From positions 1-42,035 of IMG/VR virus record IMGVR_UViG_3300027887_000023: 42,035 nucleotides of DNA; one strand, 5' to 3'. Shown here one piece after another: positions 9,181 through 20,102 of this stretch. The notes beneath the pieces are model-generated. The model saw only the letters and a list, made by a program, of their open reading frames with translations, did not search any database and was not told the DNA's origin. A program made the translations under genes and the position numbers. Positions within the stretch are counted from its first letter, which is position 1, and the number at the start of each line of letters is the position of its first letter. The DNA comes from a virus (Duplodnaviria > Caudoviricetes).

Positions 9181-9726
9181 TTAATCCTTTCCCTTAAAAA
9201 TAATAAGGGGATGTAAAGTTTGTAGAATTTCCCCATCAAGATTTTTCTCCACTCGAAATGTCCCATCTGATTCTTGAAACGTCATTATAGCATTCACATC
9301 AATCACAATTGGCATAACTCGTAATCCACTATCCAACTTCAACAAATCACCCCACTCAGGAATCTTATTGGAGCTAATCTCCAACGTACTTAGATAGTCC
9401 TGAATTATCATATCTCTATTTTCTCCGATGCCTGCGGGCATTGTTGTGAGAAATTCATCAATCTTATTCTGTCGAAAAGTTTCTAGAATCTGCGTCCTTC
9501 GATCAATATATGCTTTCATCTCAGGACTCGTTGTAATTTTGTTAATCATTACATCTACGTAATATGAATGTTTTATCAGCAAAAATCTTTTAAGTTTGAC
9601 AAGAGCTTGATAAACTGGATGTTGAGGCTGAATAAATGTCTCAAACATGAAATTCATCATTTTAAGTTCCTCTGTTGTCGTCGATACTTCTCTTTTAAAT
9701 CCTTCAAATCTTACTACATTATCCAT
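9181..9726 (-). CDS. Hypothetical protein
   Basis: 181 aa, GGAGG RBS. Confidence 0.65.
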   Translation of the reverse strand: MDNVVRFEGFKREVSTTTEELKMMNFMFETFIQPQHPVYQALVKLKRFLLIKHSYYVDVMINKITTSPEMKAYIDRRTQILETFRQNKIDEFLTTMPAGIGENRDMIIQDYLSTLEISSNKIPEWGDLLKLDSGLRVMPIVIDVNAIMTFQESDGTFRVEKNLDGEILQTLHPLIIFKGKD

Positions 9727-9748
9727 TTACAGCCTCCGAGTTAAATTG

Positions 9749-10117
9749 TTAATAGTTAATTTTATCCAACAAACCTTGAACAGTTGGATCATCTACTGTC
9801 GGTTTGGTGGGCCATATAGTTTGGAATGTTGTGATAGTTGTCGTTATGTCTCTTAATGCCTGTCGCCATTGTTTGATCTGAATGAGTTCTTGCAATGTGC
9901 ATTTATCAACAATATCACGAAGCATTAGTTTATCTGTTTTGTCTAATATCTGATCTCTTATAGGTCTCACATTTAAATTTATCCATTCGTCTAAATTACT
10001 GAATACAAGAAAATCGCCATCAAGTAGATTTTGATATTCAATTAATTTTAATCCATTTGATAATTGTTCATTTATAATAATATTTTCATTTTCTGTTGTA
10101 TATGGTATTGTTATCAT
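9749..10117 (-). CDS. Tail fibre assembly chaperone-like protein
   Basis: RPIRDQILDKTD...WRQALRDIT...WPTKP motif; follows the tail tip gene. Confidence 0.75.
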   Translation of the reverse strand: MITIPYTTENENIIINEQLSNGLKLIEYQNLLDGDFLVFSNLDEWINLNVRPIRDQILDKTDKLMLRDIVDKCTLQELIQIKQWRQALRDITTTITTFQTIWPTKPTVDDPTVQGLLDKINY

Positions 10118-13100
10118 ACTGTTGTTGCCCTCGCTTCTACTGGATTGCCAACATAAAGAACAAAATTAGCGATGCCTCCGCTATAATTTGTTGTCCCATA
10201 CGCATTTGACCACACCTCAATAATATCCCCCGTCAACCAACCACTTATCTCCTCTGTGTATGTGGCATAATTATAAGTATTATTATTGCTTCCGCTGTTT
10301 ACCTGTCGAAGTGTTCCAACATTACTGTTAGAACCAGACCTATTTCTTTTAATTATAGCCTGTGTATTATAATAATTCATAGATAGATTTGCTTGTTGAT
10401 ATCCTTGTGTTATCATCCAAAAAGAAATTCGATAAGTTCCCCCAACTCCAATTTGTATACCTTTTACTGGAAACCATGTGCCATTAGTAGATTGATAATT
10501 CCGTTGAGTATTACTTGATATTAAAACCAATGTGCCATTAGCCGATCCACCAAAATTATTACAATACATTGTGCCACCAACATAAACATTTCCCCCGTCA
10601 TCCCAAGAGAGATGGTTGATATTACCCATATAACCAGAACCATTACTATTTATTATAACTCTCGGAGTTCCATTCTGGTACATCCTAATTCCAGATGCAC
10701 TAACCCCAAGATAATTATTCCATGTATCGTCAGAAGTTAAATCAATTTGATTCCCATCAACATAGAGCCTATTTTGACCATTACTCATAAGCCTAATATT
10801 ATTAGATCCAATAGACACATAATTATTAGAGTTATTATCTCCATAAATAGTAACCCCACCTGCATTAGCCGATAATCTAAGAACATTATTTTTATACAAT
10901 ACATAACTATCACTACCTATCCTAGTATAATCTCCCGATGAATAATTATAACATATGTAAATATTATTAGATTCTACTGACATACCAACAGCACCATTAT
11001 TATGATATAATTTTATCATACCACCAAACAAACTAACATTAGCTCCAAATTGAGCTACTGTATTACTGCCAACATAATATATTGTCTCTGTCGGAGTAAT
11101 ATTGGCATGAGCACCGCCCACAGTTCCAAGAACAATAGTCCCATTCATATACCATTGAGAGGTAACTGCATCTATTCCACCAGCATTTTTATACTGGAGG
11201 CGAATACCATTTACATCATCAATAGTTAAGAAAGATGAATTATTCGCGTATTTTCCTGAGGCAAATCCATAAATATTAGCATCAGTATAACCATAAGAAT
11301 CTTTCAATCTTCCCATCTCTGTCATCATATACAATCCTGTCGCAGGATGGGTATTCCAGGCTTTAATCGCTACATATGGAGAAGAGTTTCCTTCATATGC
11401 ACTAACTTCGTAAAATCCACCATTTGCTGTCCCATAATCAAGTGCTAATGTAGCCTTGGCGATGTTTCCATTAGCAGTTCCAGCATTAGCTCCGGCACTT
11501 CGGGTAAATGTGTATCTTTGAGTGTATGGATTAACCACAGTATTTCTGCTAACATACGATACTGTTCCCCATGCACTTCCGATCGTAAGTCCTGTCGCAT
11601 TACGTGAAATCTGCCTTAACTGAACAATATCACCATTCGCAAATACCTGACCAGTAAAACCATCAAACTCTTCAACATCCATATTTGCACTAGCATTTGC
11701 AGATGGAAGTGCGAAATTATTTGCCATCTTTGCAACAGACTTAGTGATGATTTGTCCGCCCGCAAGTGCCTGTTCAATATCTGCAATAAATGCTTTAGCA
11801 TGAATCTCATCAACATTCAAAGTTCTAAATTCAGCTTCACCTGTATAACTTACCCGCCATCCAGTTGTAGCCTTTGCATAAGTATCTGTTTGATGCTGAA
11901 CATTAGCAGCTAAGGAAAATATATTTGCTGTCGCATTATATACAACACCAGAAGATCCTACCGTAAAAGTTGCATGATTATTAGCATCAAGTTGGAGGCG
12001 AAGAGCTCCACTAACCAATACCTGATTATTTGACATTTGGATTAAATCACTATCTAAGGAAGTACCAACATACCCTCCTCCGACAACTAGATTTCCTGTC
12101 GTGCCAAAAGTTTTGTTCGCAGAAAAGGCTGTACCATTCCAAGAGATAGATGCATTTCCACCTGTCGTTCTTCCAAAAACTAAATTAACAGTAGCATCAT
12201 TTGCATCACTGTTAATGGTAAAGGTATCTACTGTTGTTCCAGATACCACCACACTACAATCAGAGGAAATAATAACTCCATGAAATACATATGTTCCTGC
12301 TGCAACGTCAAAAATTCCGTATGCATTATTACTTCCATGTCGAAATGAACCTGTACCATCAGCATAAAATCCTGCATAATTCGCAACGTTAGTTAAGGTC
12401 ATTAAGTCTGCTGATGCACCAAGAGCTAATTTTGGAGTTCCATCCAACCCTCCAAGAACAACTTTTGTATCGGCATGATTTATTGAGACATTCCCACCCC
12501 AAAGATCATATTGTCCTACATAAAACCCTGCCCATTTAAGTGGACCATTAACAGTAATAGTCATCTGTGGGTCAGCAGGCATTGCACTTTTTACTCCTGC
12601 TTTCGTAACGGATTGGAGTTTTATATATACAGTATCACCAAAATCATAATATGATCCCAAAGCACTAATGTTAAATGTTTTTGTCAATATAGTTGATGCA
12701 TAAAGTTTATATGTTACATTATCTGTTGAAATCCAAACATTAACTGCATAAACATATGAAGCATTTGTCCATGTAACGGAAATAACGCCACTATAACTTG
12801 CAGTAGCAATTACTGTCCATGCACCCGAAGCACTAACAACTCCAGGAACATCGTATCTTCGAGGAACCGTTGTTTCATAAACCTCATCAACATCAGAATC
12901 AAATGTTTTGTTGTAGAGATCTGTCGACTCGTAGATAAGATCTAAATCAACACAACCATCAGGTCGAATAGATACTGACACAACTCGAAGCAATGCACTT
13001 GTAACTCCCAAAACAGTTGATGTTAAACTGACAAGATCATGTTTTTGGAGACGTTGGCATTTATCTCTAAATGTTCCAGTTATATGTCGATTTAAAAGAT

Positions 13101-14658
13101 CGCGTTCAAAATAATAAGATCCCAATTCAAATGCTAAAGCACGAGATGAACATCCATAAAGATCAAGATTTTTAATATATCCTTGAGTATCTCCGATGTA
13201 TATACTATCTGTAACACCCAGCTTTGTTATGTCAGTAAAGGATACTTTATATCCATCAGGGAATTCGTTAATATCTGTTTCAGCAATACTGATAGCAGAT
13301 TTTCCTGTTTCGTCCTGGAGAATATCATTATCAACTAAAGTCATAGCGGTGGCTTCTAAGTTGATATCAAAATAGTATAGATAAAAAACTCCTGCGTATT
13401 CAACAAGTTCACATCTGATATGTTTCAGAATAGTATCAATAATATCCCCAGCTTGACCATCAGTTACTACATAATCAAAATGCCATCCTTTAGTATCTAT
13501 ATAAGTTGCAGCTGAAGTCCAAGATGTTATATCGAATTTATCCGAAGAAAAACCTAAACCATATCGAGTACTGGTCATATAATTATATAGAGCAAGCACT
13601 CCATTTCTAGGATTTCCATACCAATGACTGGCCCGAAAATCATAAAGATACATTCCATCAACAAGAAATGTTCGTGAAGGTAGACTGTTGTATAAATCAG
13701 GATCATATTCAAACTTAAAAACTATATATGCGGTGTATCTCATATTATCGAGATACGCAGCTTTTAATGCATGTATATATTCTGGATATACCTGAGTTGA
13801 GGTTCCTTGATAGAAATCATATGCAAATTTTTGATTTAAAGTAAATCCAGAATAAGTTCCCCATTCCCAAGCACCAAAAGCTACTATGTCGGTATTGAAT
13901 GATGTATAAATTGTATCATCAAGATATATAGATAAAGGTCTATTGTAGAGATTAACACTATCAATATACAACACTCCCTGATTATTTTCATTCGAAAACT
14001 CAATTCGACCACTAGATCCAGTTTTTGTTGCATATCCCGAAAGTTTAAGATTATGCCATCCTGCTGTTGTCGTATATCCAAGATTTGTACTGATTAGTAT
14101 TGTCGTCCCATCAGCATCATATAACTTAAAACCATATAGATTATCGGTTGTAAGATAAATCCAGAAAGAAAACTCAAGAAGATCTCCACTCGTCCATGAC
14201 ATATTATCTGATTTAATAGAGCTGTTAGATGAAATATACCAACCATAAGAACCATCATGATGGGTTGAAGATCTTCCTGCTGTACCCGATAAAGTAGTCC
14301 AGTTAGAGCTAGCTTCACAAGATCCATTAGAAACCAAATTTGTCGCATCAGTTCCATTAGTATTTAATCTAGCTACTCCATAGATCGGTCCTTCACTAAT
14401 GGTCTGAATAACATACAAGGTTTTATTATCTTCTTCAAACGCCTCAATAAAAACTTCGTTCCCTCCGAGAAAGTTTCGCCCATATACAATAGGTAATGGA
14501 GCTAATGTTGATCTCGCAGTTTCTTTGATTGACCCGTTTGCATAATTAGAATTTGCTCGGTTTCGTTCTCCAAAGATCGCTTGATATGCAATCCCGATAA
14601 CTTGAGCGATAATAATTTGCTGTGCAATATAGACTAAAAATCCTAAGACTTGTGCCAT
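10114..14658 (-). CDS. Tail tip / central fibre host-specificity protein (J-like)
   Basis: 1514 aa; PIVYG and ISEGPI tail-tip motifs, CBM-like insert, Fn3-like segment, beta-rich Asn-rich C-terminus. Confidence 0.85.
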   Translation of the reverse strand: MAQVLGFLVYIAQQIIIAQVIGIAYQAIFGERNRANSNYANGSIKETARSTLAPLPIVYGRNFLGGNEVFIEAFEEDNKTLYVIQTISEGPIYGVARLNTNGTDATNLVSNGSCEASSNWTTLSGTAGRSSTHHDGSYGWYISSNSSIKSDNMSWTSGDLLEFSFWIYLTTDNLYGFKLYDADGTTILISTNLGYTTTAGWHNLKLSGYATKTGSSGRIEFSNENNQGVLYIDSVNLYNRPLSIYLDDTIYTSFNTDIVAFGAWEWGTYSGFTLNQKFAYDFYQGTSTQVYPEYIHALKAAYLDNMRYTAYIVFKFEYDPDLYNSLPSRTFLVDGMYLYDFRASHWYGNPRNGVLALYNYMTSTRYGLGFSSDKFDITSWTSAATYIDTKGWHFDYVVTDGQAGDIIDTILKHIRCELVEYAGVFYLYYFDINLEATAMTLVDNDILQDETGKSAISIAETDINEFPDGYKVSFTDITKLGVTDSIYIGDTQGYIKNLDLYGCSSRALAFELGSYYFERDLLNRHITGTFRDKCQRLQKHDLVSLTSTVLGVTSALLRVVSVSIRPDGCVDLDLIYESTDLYNKTFDSDVDEVYETTVPRRYDVPGVVSASGAWTVIATASYSGVISVTWTNASYVYAVNVWISTDNVTYKLYASTILTKTFNISALGSYYDFGDTVYIKLQSVTKAGVKSAMPADPQMTITVNGPLKWAGFYVGQYDLWGGNVSINHADTKVVLGGLDGTPKLALGASADLMTLTNVANYAGFYADGTGSFRHGSNNAYGIFDVAAGTYVFHGVIISSDCSVVVSGTTVDTFTINSDANDATVNLVFGRTTGGNASISWNGTAFSANKTFGTTGNLVVGGGYVGTSLDSDLIQMSNNQVLVSGALRLQLDANNHATFTVGSSGVVYNATANIFSLAANVQHQTDTYAKATTGWRVSYTGEAEFRTLNVDEIHAKAFIADIEQALAGGQIITKSVAKMANNFALPSANASANMDVEEFDGFTGQVFANGDIVQLRQISRNATGLTIGSAWGTVSYVSRNTVVNPYTQRYTFTRSAGANAGTANGNIAKATLALDYGTANGGFYEVSAYEGNSSPYVAIKAWNTHPATGLYMMTEMGRLKDSYGYTDANIYGFASGKYANNSSFLTIDDVNGIRLQYKNAGGIDAVTSQWYMNGTIVLGTVGGAHANITPTETIYYVGSNTVAQFGANVSLFGGMIKLYHNNGAVGMSVESNNIYICYNYSSGDYTRIGSDSYVLYKNNVLRLSANAGGVTIYGDNNSNNYVSIGSNNIRLMSNGQNRLYVDGNQIDLTSDDTWNNYLGVSASGIRMYQNGTPRVIINSNGSGYMGNINHLSWDDGGNVYVGGTMYCNNFGGSANGTLVLISSNTQRNYQSTNGTWFPVKGIQIGVGGTYRISFWMITQGYQQANLSMNYYNTQAIIKRNRSGSNSNVGTLRQVNSGSNNNTYNYATYTEEISGWLTGDIIEVWSNAYGTTNYSGGIANFVLYVGNPVEARATTV

Positions 14659-15044
14659 CTAAAAGCCCTCTCAATTTTGTATGGGGTTAAAGGAGAAACA
14701 TTGACTCCAAGTTCAACTGCAACAGTTAGAACCTTTCCGTTTCCAGCATCAATTCCTACAAAAATAGCTTGTTCATAAGATAAGATAAGAATATCTCCAG
14801 TAACTCTGGATTTTGTTTCGATTTCATCCAAGTATTCTTCGAAAAAATCAATCATAGTCATCTGAGCTCTAAGAGGATCTTTTTTGAAAAAATCAAAATA
14901 GTCATCTAACGATATTCCTCTAAAAGTTGATGGTAATACTGCACCAGATTCAGTTAAAAAATCATACACCAAATGAAAACAATCAATCTGTCCTGATGTA
15001 TATCTCTGACCAACTCGATGTTGAGAAAATTTTAATAGGTTCAT
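14643..15044 (-). CDS. NlpC/P60-family tail-associated protein
   Basis: VGQRY...IDCFHLV, GDILIL; position between hub and tip genes; ATGA-coupled start at 15044. Confidence 0.75.
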   Translation of the reverse strand: MNLLKFSQHRVGQRYTSGQIDCFHLVYDFLTESGAVLPSTFRGISLDDYFDFFKKDPLRAQMTMIDFFEEYLDEIETKSRVTGDILILSYEQAIFVGIDAGNGKVLTVAVELGVNVSPLTPYKIERAFRWHKS

Positions 15045-15697
15045 TCGTCTGCACCCCATACAATAACTTTATTTTCCAATGTTGGTAACCATCTAAACCC
15101 ACCAAAGTTTGCAAAATTGTTAAATGTATAATAACATTGTGTTGCTGATCTATCACACGCTGTTGCTGCTCCAACATATCCACATTCCGTTCCTTTAAAT
15201 ATTTTCCATCGACAAGAAGGTGGATGTTGACTGATTGTTCTTTGGGTAAATTGATACAACAATCCCTGGATGTTCATATTTAACATAGTCTCATCCATAT
15301 TCCATGCACTAATTGTCCCATAAAACAGAGGGAAAAATGTGCTACCCACCACTGCATAGGTTGTTGTATCTAACACCACCAACGATGCTTGAAATGAATT
15401 TCCTTGAGGCGAAGTTCCTAAAATAGCCTCATATAAAGTTGATCTAGTATCTGGTAATTGCCCAGAATCTAGATGAACTAATGAAACATCCAATTCTTGT
15501 GTGTAGGTGTCAGATGAATCAACAATATCCCCTAATGTAAATGGCCGAGAAAGATATCGTGTTCCACCTATCGTTATTGGAACATCACAATCAGTAAAAT
15601 AATATGTTGTCCCATTTACAGTAAAACTGATAGTATAAAATGGAATCATATTACTAGCTGATAATTGTTCTAAGATACTTGTGTTTATAGCTTTCAT
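15041..15697 (-). CDS. Baseplate hub / minor tail protein L-like (DUF2163/BR0599-like)
   Basis: CRW...ECGY...CDRS..QC...NFGGF cysteine motif. Confidence 0.8.
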   Translation of the reverse strand: MKAINTSILEQLSASNMIPFYTISFTVNGTTYYFTDCDVPITIGGTRYLSRPFTLGDIVDSSDTYTQELDVSLVHLDSGQLPDTRSTLYEAILGTSPQGNSFQASLVVLDTTTYAVVGSTFFPLFYGTISAWNMDETMLNMNIQGLLYQFTQRTISQHPPSCRWKIFKGTECGYVGAATACDRSATQCYYTFNNFANFGGFRWLPTLENKVIVWGADE

Positions 15698-16272
15698 TCT
15701 ATATTTAACAACCCCTGTAATGAGATTTTACTATTGACTAATGCCCGATAAAATGTGTCAAAATCCATATAACTCTCTTTGAATCTACACCTCACAACTA
15801 ACTGACCAGTAAATGACCATGTGAGAATAGCTCCATTTGCAGGAGCGGGTGAAAATGTTGCTAAATCGCAACCATCAGTTCCACCGCTACTGGTAAAAGT
15901 ATATAATGTTGTTGTCGAGTCATTTGAATACATAGTGTAGGATGATGCTCCCTTCGAAGGAAGATTAAATCCTGTTATAGATCCATTCCCAACACCAACA
16001 TATTCTTTTACATATACATCACTTTTCTGATAAAAATATCGAAATGATGTAAATGGCCCTTTACAGGCTAAATAAAATGCCCAAAGATAGTTTGCCTGTG
16101 TTAGAGTTCGATTATCAAATGATAAAGATAAAACTCGTCTTGGATATAAAGTTTTCAACTTTCGAAATTCTAATCCCTCTAACCCTGCGTTCTGGATTAA
16201 AACTTTAAATCCAATTTGTTCCCCAAATGGGGAAGTAACCTTAACATTCGCGTCACTAGGAAAAGCGGTCAT
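15694..16272 (-). CDS. Distal tail protein (DUF2460-like)
   Basis: FYLACKGPFTSFRY, GVGNGSITGF, FSPAPANGAILT, VRCRF motifs; follows tape measure. Confidence 0.75.
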   Translation of the reverse strand: MTAFPSDANVKVTSPFGEQIGFKVLIQNAGLEGLEFRKLKTLYPRRVLSLSFDNRTLTQANYLWAFYLACKGPFTSFRYFYQKSDVYVKEYVGVGNGSITGFNLPSKGASSYTMYSNDSTTTLYTFTSSGGTDGCDLATFSPAPANGAILTWSFTGQLVVRCRFKESYMDFDTFYRALVNSKISLQGLLNIE

Positions 16273-19200
16273 GATACACTCCCTCGGATAGCTGATCTAG
16301 CAGAACGGCTAGATCTTAAAATAGAATTTACTGGGCCTGTTAAAGCACCACGATTTTTGGTTAGATATTCAGAAAAAGATTTTGAATCCATAGCATTAAT
16401 ATGAATATTTGTTTCACCACCATATCTCTGTCGTTGTTGATCTCCAGTAAGAACTTCCTCGCCTTGTTGGAGGATGGCAGGAAATTCTCCTTTCGTTAAG
16501 CCTTTATGCAGTCGAGGTGCAAAATTGAGTAAGGAATCAGGAATCCATCGAGATGTCCCACCTACTCCGACACGACCACCTTGATGAAACATAGTTCCAG
16601 GAATATTTACATCACTAATAACTCCAGGATTTGTTATAACTCTTCCAGTAGAAGTGAATCCTTCACCATAACCCGGATTTATAAAATCCCCAATAAGACC
16701 ACCCCATTCTCCTGTCTCAAGTGCATTACCCATAAGTTTTAATGTTGCAAGTTTCGCCATGATTTGAGCAATAACTTGGAGAACTGCATCAGCCCAACCC
16801 TGAAGCCAATCTTTAAAACTTCCAAACTCACCCTTCATCATTTTAAAGAAACCATTTTCGAATGCACTAGCTGTCGCTTCTGCTACACCTTTGACAAGAT
16901 CTTCTGACCAATGAAGACCAGCTTCAATCTCTTTTGAATATCGATCTTCAGCTTCTGCCATGGAAATTAATGATCGTTCAAAAGCATCTTGAATTTCGGG
17001 AGGATATTTTAATACTTCTTTATAGATTGCTCGCATACGTTCTTGTAGATTAACCCAATGTTTTGCTGCAAATGTTGACCAATCCCCAGAAGCAACGTTT
17101 TCTGTGGCTAGTTGATAATCACTGATTAACACAGTATTAGCTTTTATAAGTTCATTAGCCTCATACATTTTTGTGGCATCAGCAACCTCAGAGTCAAAAT
17201 AGTCTTTTTTAGATTGCGTCATTATTTTCCACATAATGGCGTTTTTCTTTTGTGATTCCGTCATTCCATCAAGAGATTCTATAAACTTATCCATCTCCTC
17301 TTGATTTGTAACATAGTTTTTTGCTTTGTCGACAGACCATCCCGAACGCAATCCCATTAAGGCATTTTTATATATATTAAAAGTTCTAGTTAGGCCATCC
17401 ATTGTAGTATCAAATGCAGAAGCTTCTTTTCCTGCATTTGTAAACTCTAGTCCAGTATCTTTAATTGCATCTTTCATCTCATTAATAATAGATTCAATAT
17501 CAAGATTTCCAACATTTAATGCAGAGGTGAATTTTTCTTTTATTTTATCTAAAGCATCTGTTGGAATAAGATCAATTGCTGACCCAAATGTCGATTTAAT
17601 TTTCTCCCAAGCAGTAACAGCATTTTCACCCATTTTAGTAAATAAATCTATTGGTCCACCAGCAAGATTTTTAACTTCTTCTACAGCAGTAGTTGCTGCT
17701 TTTGCAATCCATTCTGCAGTAATTCCCATAATTGCTTTTAGCTTATCATATAAATCCCCTAGTTTATTGACAAATTTTTCAATGTATGGACCTACAAGAT
17801 CCCAAACTTCTTTGAGTTTTGCTCCTAGCATACTAAAAAAGCTACCAATAACTTCAAGAATATTATATTTTTTAATTAGGTTATATAATCCTTCAAGTCC
17901 TGTCGCAACCAAAAGTATATGTCCCGACCATTTAGCAAGCTCGACAAAATAATCTACCCAAGACATCTTTGCTTCTTTAAGCATTTGATTTAGAGATGCA
18001 AATTCTAATACCAAGAAAGCAATTAATGCAACAGTTGCTCCAGCTGTCGCGGCAGTAATGGCATAAGACTTTGTAAGAACCCATAATGCCTCTGATGTAA
18101 ATATAATTTGTGCTCTTAATTTAAATAATGACATCGATAAAGATTGACTTTGAGCAATAAAATTGGAGAAATTAAATATTCCTATCGAAGCAATAAACTG
18201 CAACATAGATAAAGTTGATCCCACTAAGGCAGGAATAACTCTCATTATCAATACAACAGAAAGATCATAAAGAGCTCCAATTACAGGGGTAAGAATGTTG
18301 TAAAGCCGCATAAAAATTCCAATGACTTTCTCAACAATTTTTAACAAAATAACAGCTTCTGTAACTTTTTTGATAGCATCCCAAACTTGAAGGATTTCAT
18401 TTTTAAATGCTTTAAATAGCGCAGCTCCATAACCTAAGTATTTAAGAGCTAAAGGGAAGAGATCTAGGATTTTTCCAAATGCTTGTGCTAATAGTTGCAT
18501 AAATAAAACTAATCGAGCTTGATCAGCAGTTGATAAAGCTGTTTTCAGTTTTTCCATACTATCCGCAATCGTACTAGCAAAAATATTTTTATCCATTCCT
18601 CCAGATGCAACAATAGCAGTATTAATAAATAACATTCTTGCTTGTTTTTCCCACATCTGAAATGCAAGAATTGGATTACTTTCTAACATTGCTTTTCTTG
18701 CTTCTGCCCAATGTTCATGAATAGCCTGGAAAACTTTTTCCAGAACCTCAGCCTGAGAAGTCAACTTCTTGAGAGATGCAAAATCCTCTTCAGTTAAAAT
18801 CCCTAGTTTTTTCATTGTACGACCTAACATATCTGTCGTACGCATTTGACCATTCAATAAAGATTGGAGTTCCTGTCTAATCTGCCGAGTTGTAGATCCT
18901 GTTGTTTGTGCAACCATTGATGTAAAATCAACGACAGACGCAAATTGAGGGATCAATTTTTCTGGAACTGCCCCAATGGATTGTGCAATTTCATCCATAC
19001 CTGTGGAGAGTTCTGCCATCGTAGAGATTGATGTTTGAGATGCTTCATATAAAGCATACACATTAACTGCTGCACGTTTATAGGCTTCACCATAAGATAG
19101 GGTATTTTTCGCACTCATTACCTGCCAAAAAGCAAGTTTCGCTTGGAGGGTAGATAACTCCCCAAACTCTGCAATAGACTCTCTGAGGAGATTGGTGGTT

Positions 19201-19478
19201 TTCATCAATCCTGCCTCAAAGAGATTCATTGCACGATATGCAAGAGTAAAACCAATGGCAACTGATCCAAACTTGGACCACCATCCTTCACCCATTACAC
19301 GATGTAATGCTTGGGCTCGATTTTGCCAGTTCTGAAAGTTTTTGTTGACCTTTTGATTAGCAGCATTCGAAGCAGCTACAACATTTTTAAATGTGCCAAG
19401 GAGAGCCTGATTAATAATCTTATTATTATTAACAGCCTGAACAATATCAAGTATAAACTTAGAATAAACATCAGCCAT
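16269..19478 (-). CDS. Tail tape measure protein
   Basis: 1069 aa helical protein with hydrophobic middle; C-terminal FHQGG...PAILQQGEEVLT. Confidence 0.9.
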   Translation of the reverse strand: MADVYSKFILDIVQAVNNNKIINQALLGTFKNVVAASNAANQKVNKNFQNWQNRAQALHRVMGEGWWSKFGSVAIGFTLAYRAMNLFEAGLMKTTNLLRESIAEFGELSTLQAKLAFWQVMSAKNTLSYGEAYKRAAVNVYALYEASQTSISTMAELSTGMDEIAQSIGAVPEKLIPQFASVVDFTSMVAQTTGSTTRQIRQELQSLLNGQMRTTDMLGRTMKKLGILTEEDFASLKKLTSQAEVLEKVFQAIHEHWAEARKAMLESNPILAFQMWEKQARMLFINTAIVASGGMDKNIFASTIADSMEKLKTALSTADQARLVLFMQLLAQAFGKILDLFPLALKYLGYGAALFKAFKNEILQVWDAIKKVTEAVILLKIVEKVIGIFMRLYNILTPVIGALYDLSVVLIMRVIPALVGSTLSMLQFIASIGIFNFSNFIAQSQSLSMSLFKLRAQIIFTSEALWVLTKSYAITAATAGATVALIAFLVLEFASLNQMLKEAKMSWVDYFVELAKWSGHILLVATGLEGLYNLIKKYNILEVIGSFFSMLGAKLKEVWDLVGPYIEKFVNKLGDLYDKLKAIMGITAEWIAKAATTAVEEVKNLAGGPIDLFTKMGENAVTAWEKIKSTFGSAIDLIPTDALDKIKEKFTSALNVGNLDIESIINEMKDAIKDTGLEFTNAGKEASAFDTTMDGLTRTFNIYKNALMGLRSGWSVDKAKNYVTNQEEMDKFIESLDGMTESQKKNAIMWKIMTQSKKDYFDSEVADATKMYEANELIKANTVLISDYQLATENVASGDWSTFAAKHWVNLQERMRAIYKEVLKYPPEIQDAFERSLISMAEAEDRYSKEIEAGLHWSEDLVKGVAEATASAFENGFFKMMKGEFGSFKDWLQGWADAVLQVIAQIMAKLATLKLMGNALETGEWGGLIGDFINPGYGEGFTSTGRVITNPGVISDVNIPGTMFHQGGRVGVGGTSRWIPDSLLNFAPRLHKGLTKGEFPAILQQGEEVLTGDQQRQRYGGETNIHINAMDSKSFSEYLTKNRGALTGPVNSILRSSRSARSAIRGSVS

Positions 19479-19785
19479 TTGGTGTTACTCCTTTACGCAA
19501 CATGTCCCAAGTAAAATCAACATCTTCTTTTGTCGAGGCTTTCGGCCCAGATGCAATCTCAAGAGTTTCTTGGTATGGTTTAATCATACTTTTAACTCCA
19601 TCAGATTCTTGGTATGGTAATAATGAACTTTCAAACCGCATCATTTGTTGTCGAGCTTCAATTATAGGTATCTGATTTAAATACATAAAAAATTGACGCG
19701 CAGATAATTTTAGAATATCTGGATGGCTCCAACCATAAGTTGAAGCCACCAGAGCAAAACATAAACCAAAATCTAAGGGTTTTCC
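19471..19785 (-). CDS. Tail assembly chaperone, -1 frameshift extension (G-T type)
   Basis: Open -1 frame GKPLDFGLCFALVASTYGW... begins at the slippery site; no evident RBS before the annotated GTG at 19749. Confidence 0.7.
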   Translation of the reverse strand, partial: GKPLDFGLCFALVASTYGWSHPDILKLSARQFFMYLNQIPIIEARQQMMRFESSLLPYQESDGVKSMIKPYQETLEIASGPKASTKEDVDFTWDMLRKGVTPNG

Positions 19786-20084
19786 GCAGGAGTACCTGTC
19801 ACCTCCTGGGCTTCACCTACGATCCATTCTTGAATCGTCCTAATAGTTATCATCAAAGACTTCATTCCCAATCTCTCTAAATCCTTAGGTGTACAGTTAA
19901 GAGCCTTTGCAAGTTGGGTCCTGAGCATTGTAACATGTTCCTCAGGATTGTTTGCATCAACTCCCTTAACAACTCTAAGAAAATCCGCAAGGTCAAAATC
20001 TTTGACGTAGTATATCTTTCCTGCGAGTGTAAGTTCAAGAGAATTTTCAGCCAGAATATCATCAATCGACACTTTCTTTTGCAT
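19773..20084 (-). CDS. Tail assembly chaperone (G type)
   Basis: Between tail tube and tape measure; AGGAGG RBS; ends at a slippery site. Confidence 0.75.
   Translation of the reverse strand: MQKKVSIDDILAENSLELTLAGKIYYVKDFDLADFLRVVKGVDANNPEEHVTMLRTQLAKALNCTPKDLERLGMKSLMITIRTIQEWIVGEAQEVTGTPAENP
19776..19785 (-). other. Programmed -1 ribosomal frameshift site (G GAA AAC / A AAC CCT)
   Basis: Minus strand GCG GAA AAC CCT TAG; X XXY YYZ heptamer directly before the chaperone stop. Confidence 0.7.
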
Positions 20085-20102
20085 GATTGCCTCCTAAAAT
20101 TG

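Noticed and set aside
9737-9750. Sixth copy of the 24-bp palindrome (CCGAGTTAA)
   Set aside because: Only a degenerate half-site; no second arm
10114-11000. Diversity-generating retroelement target (Asn-rich fibre tip)
   Set aside because: No reverse transcriptase and no template/variable repeat pair seen; Asn enrichment spans many genes
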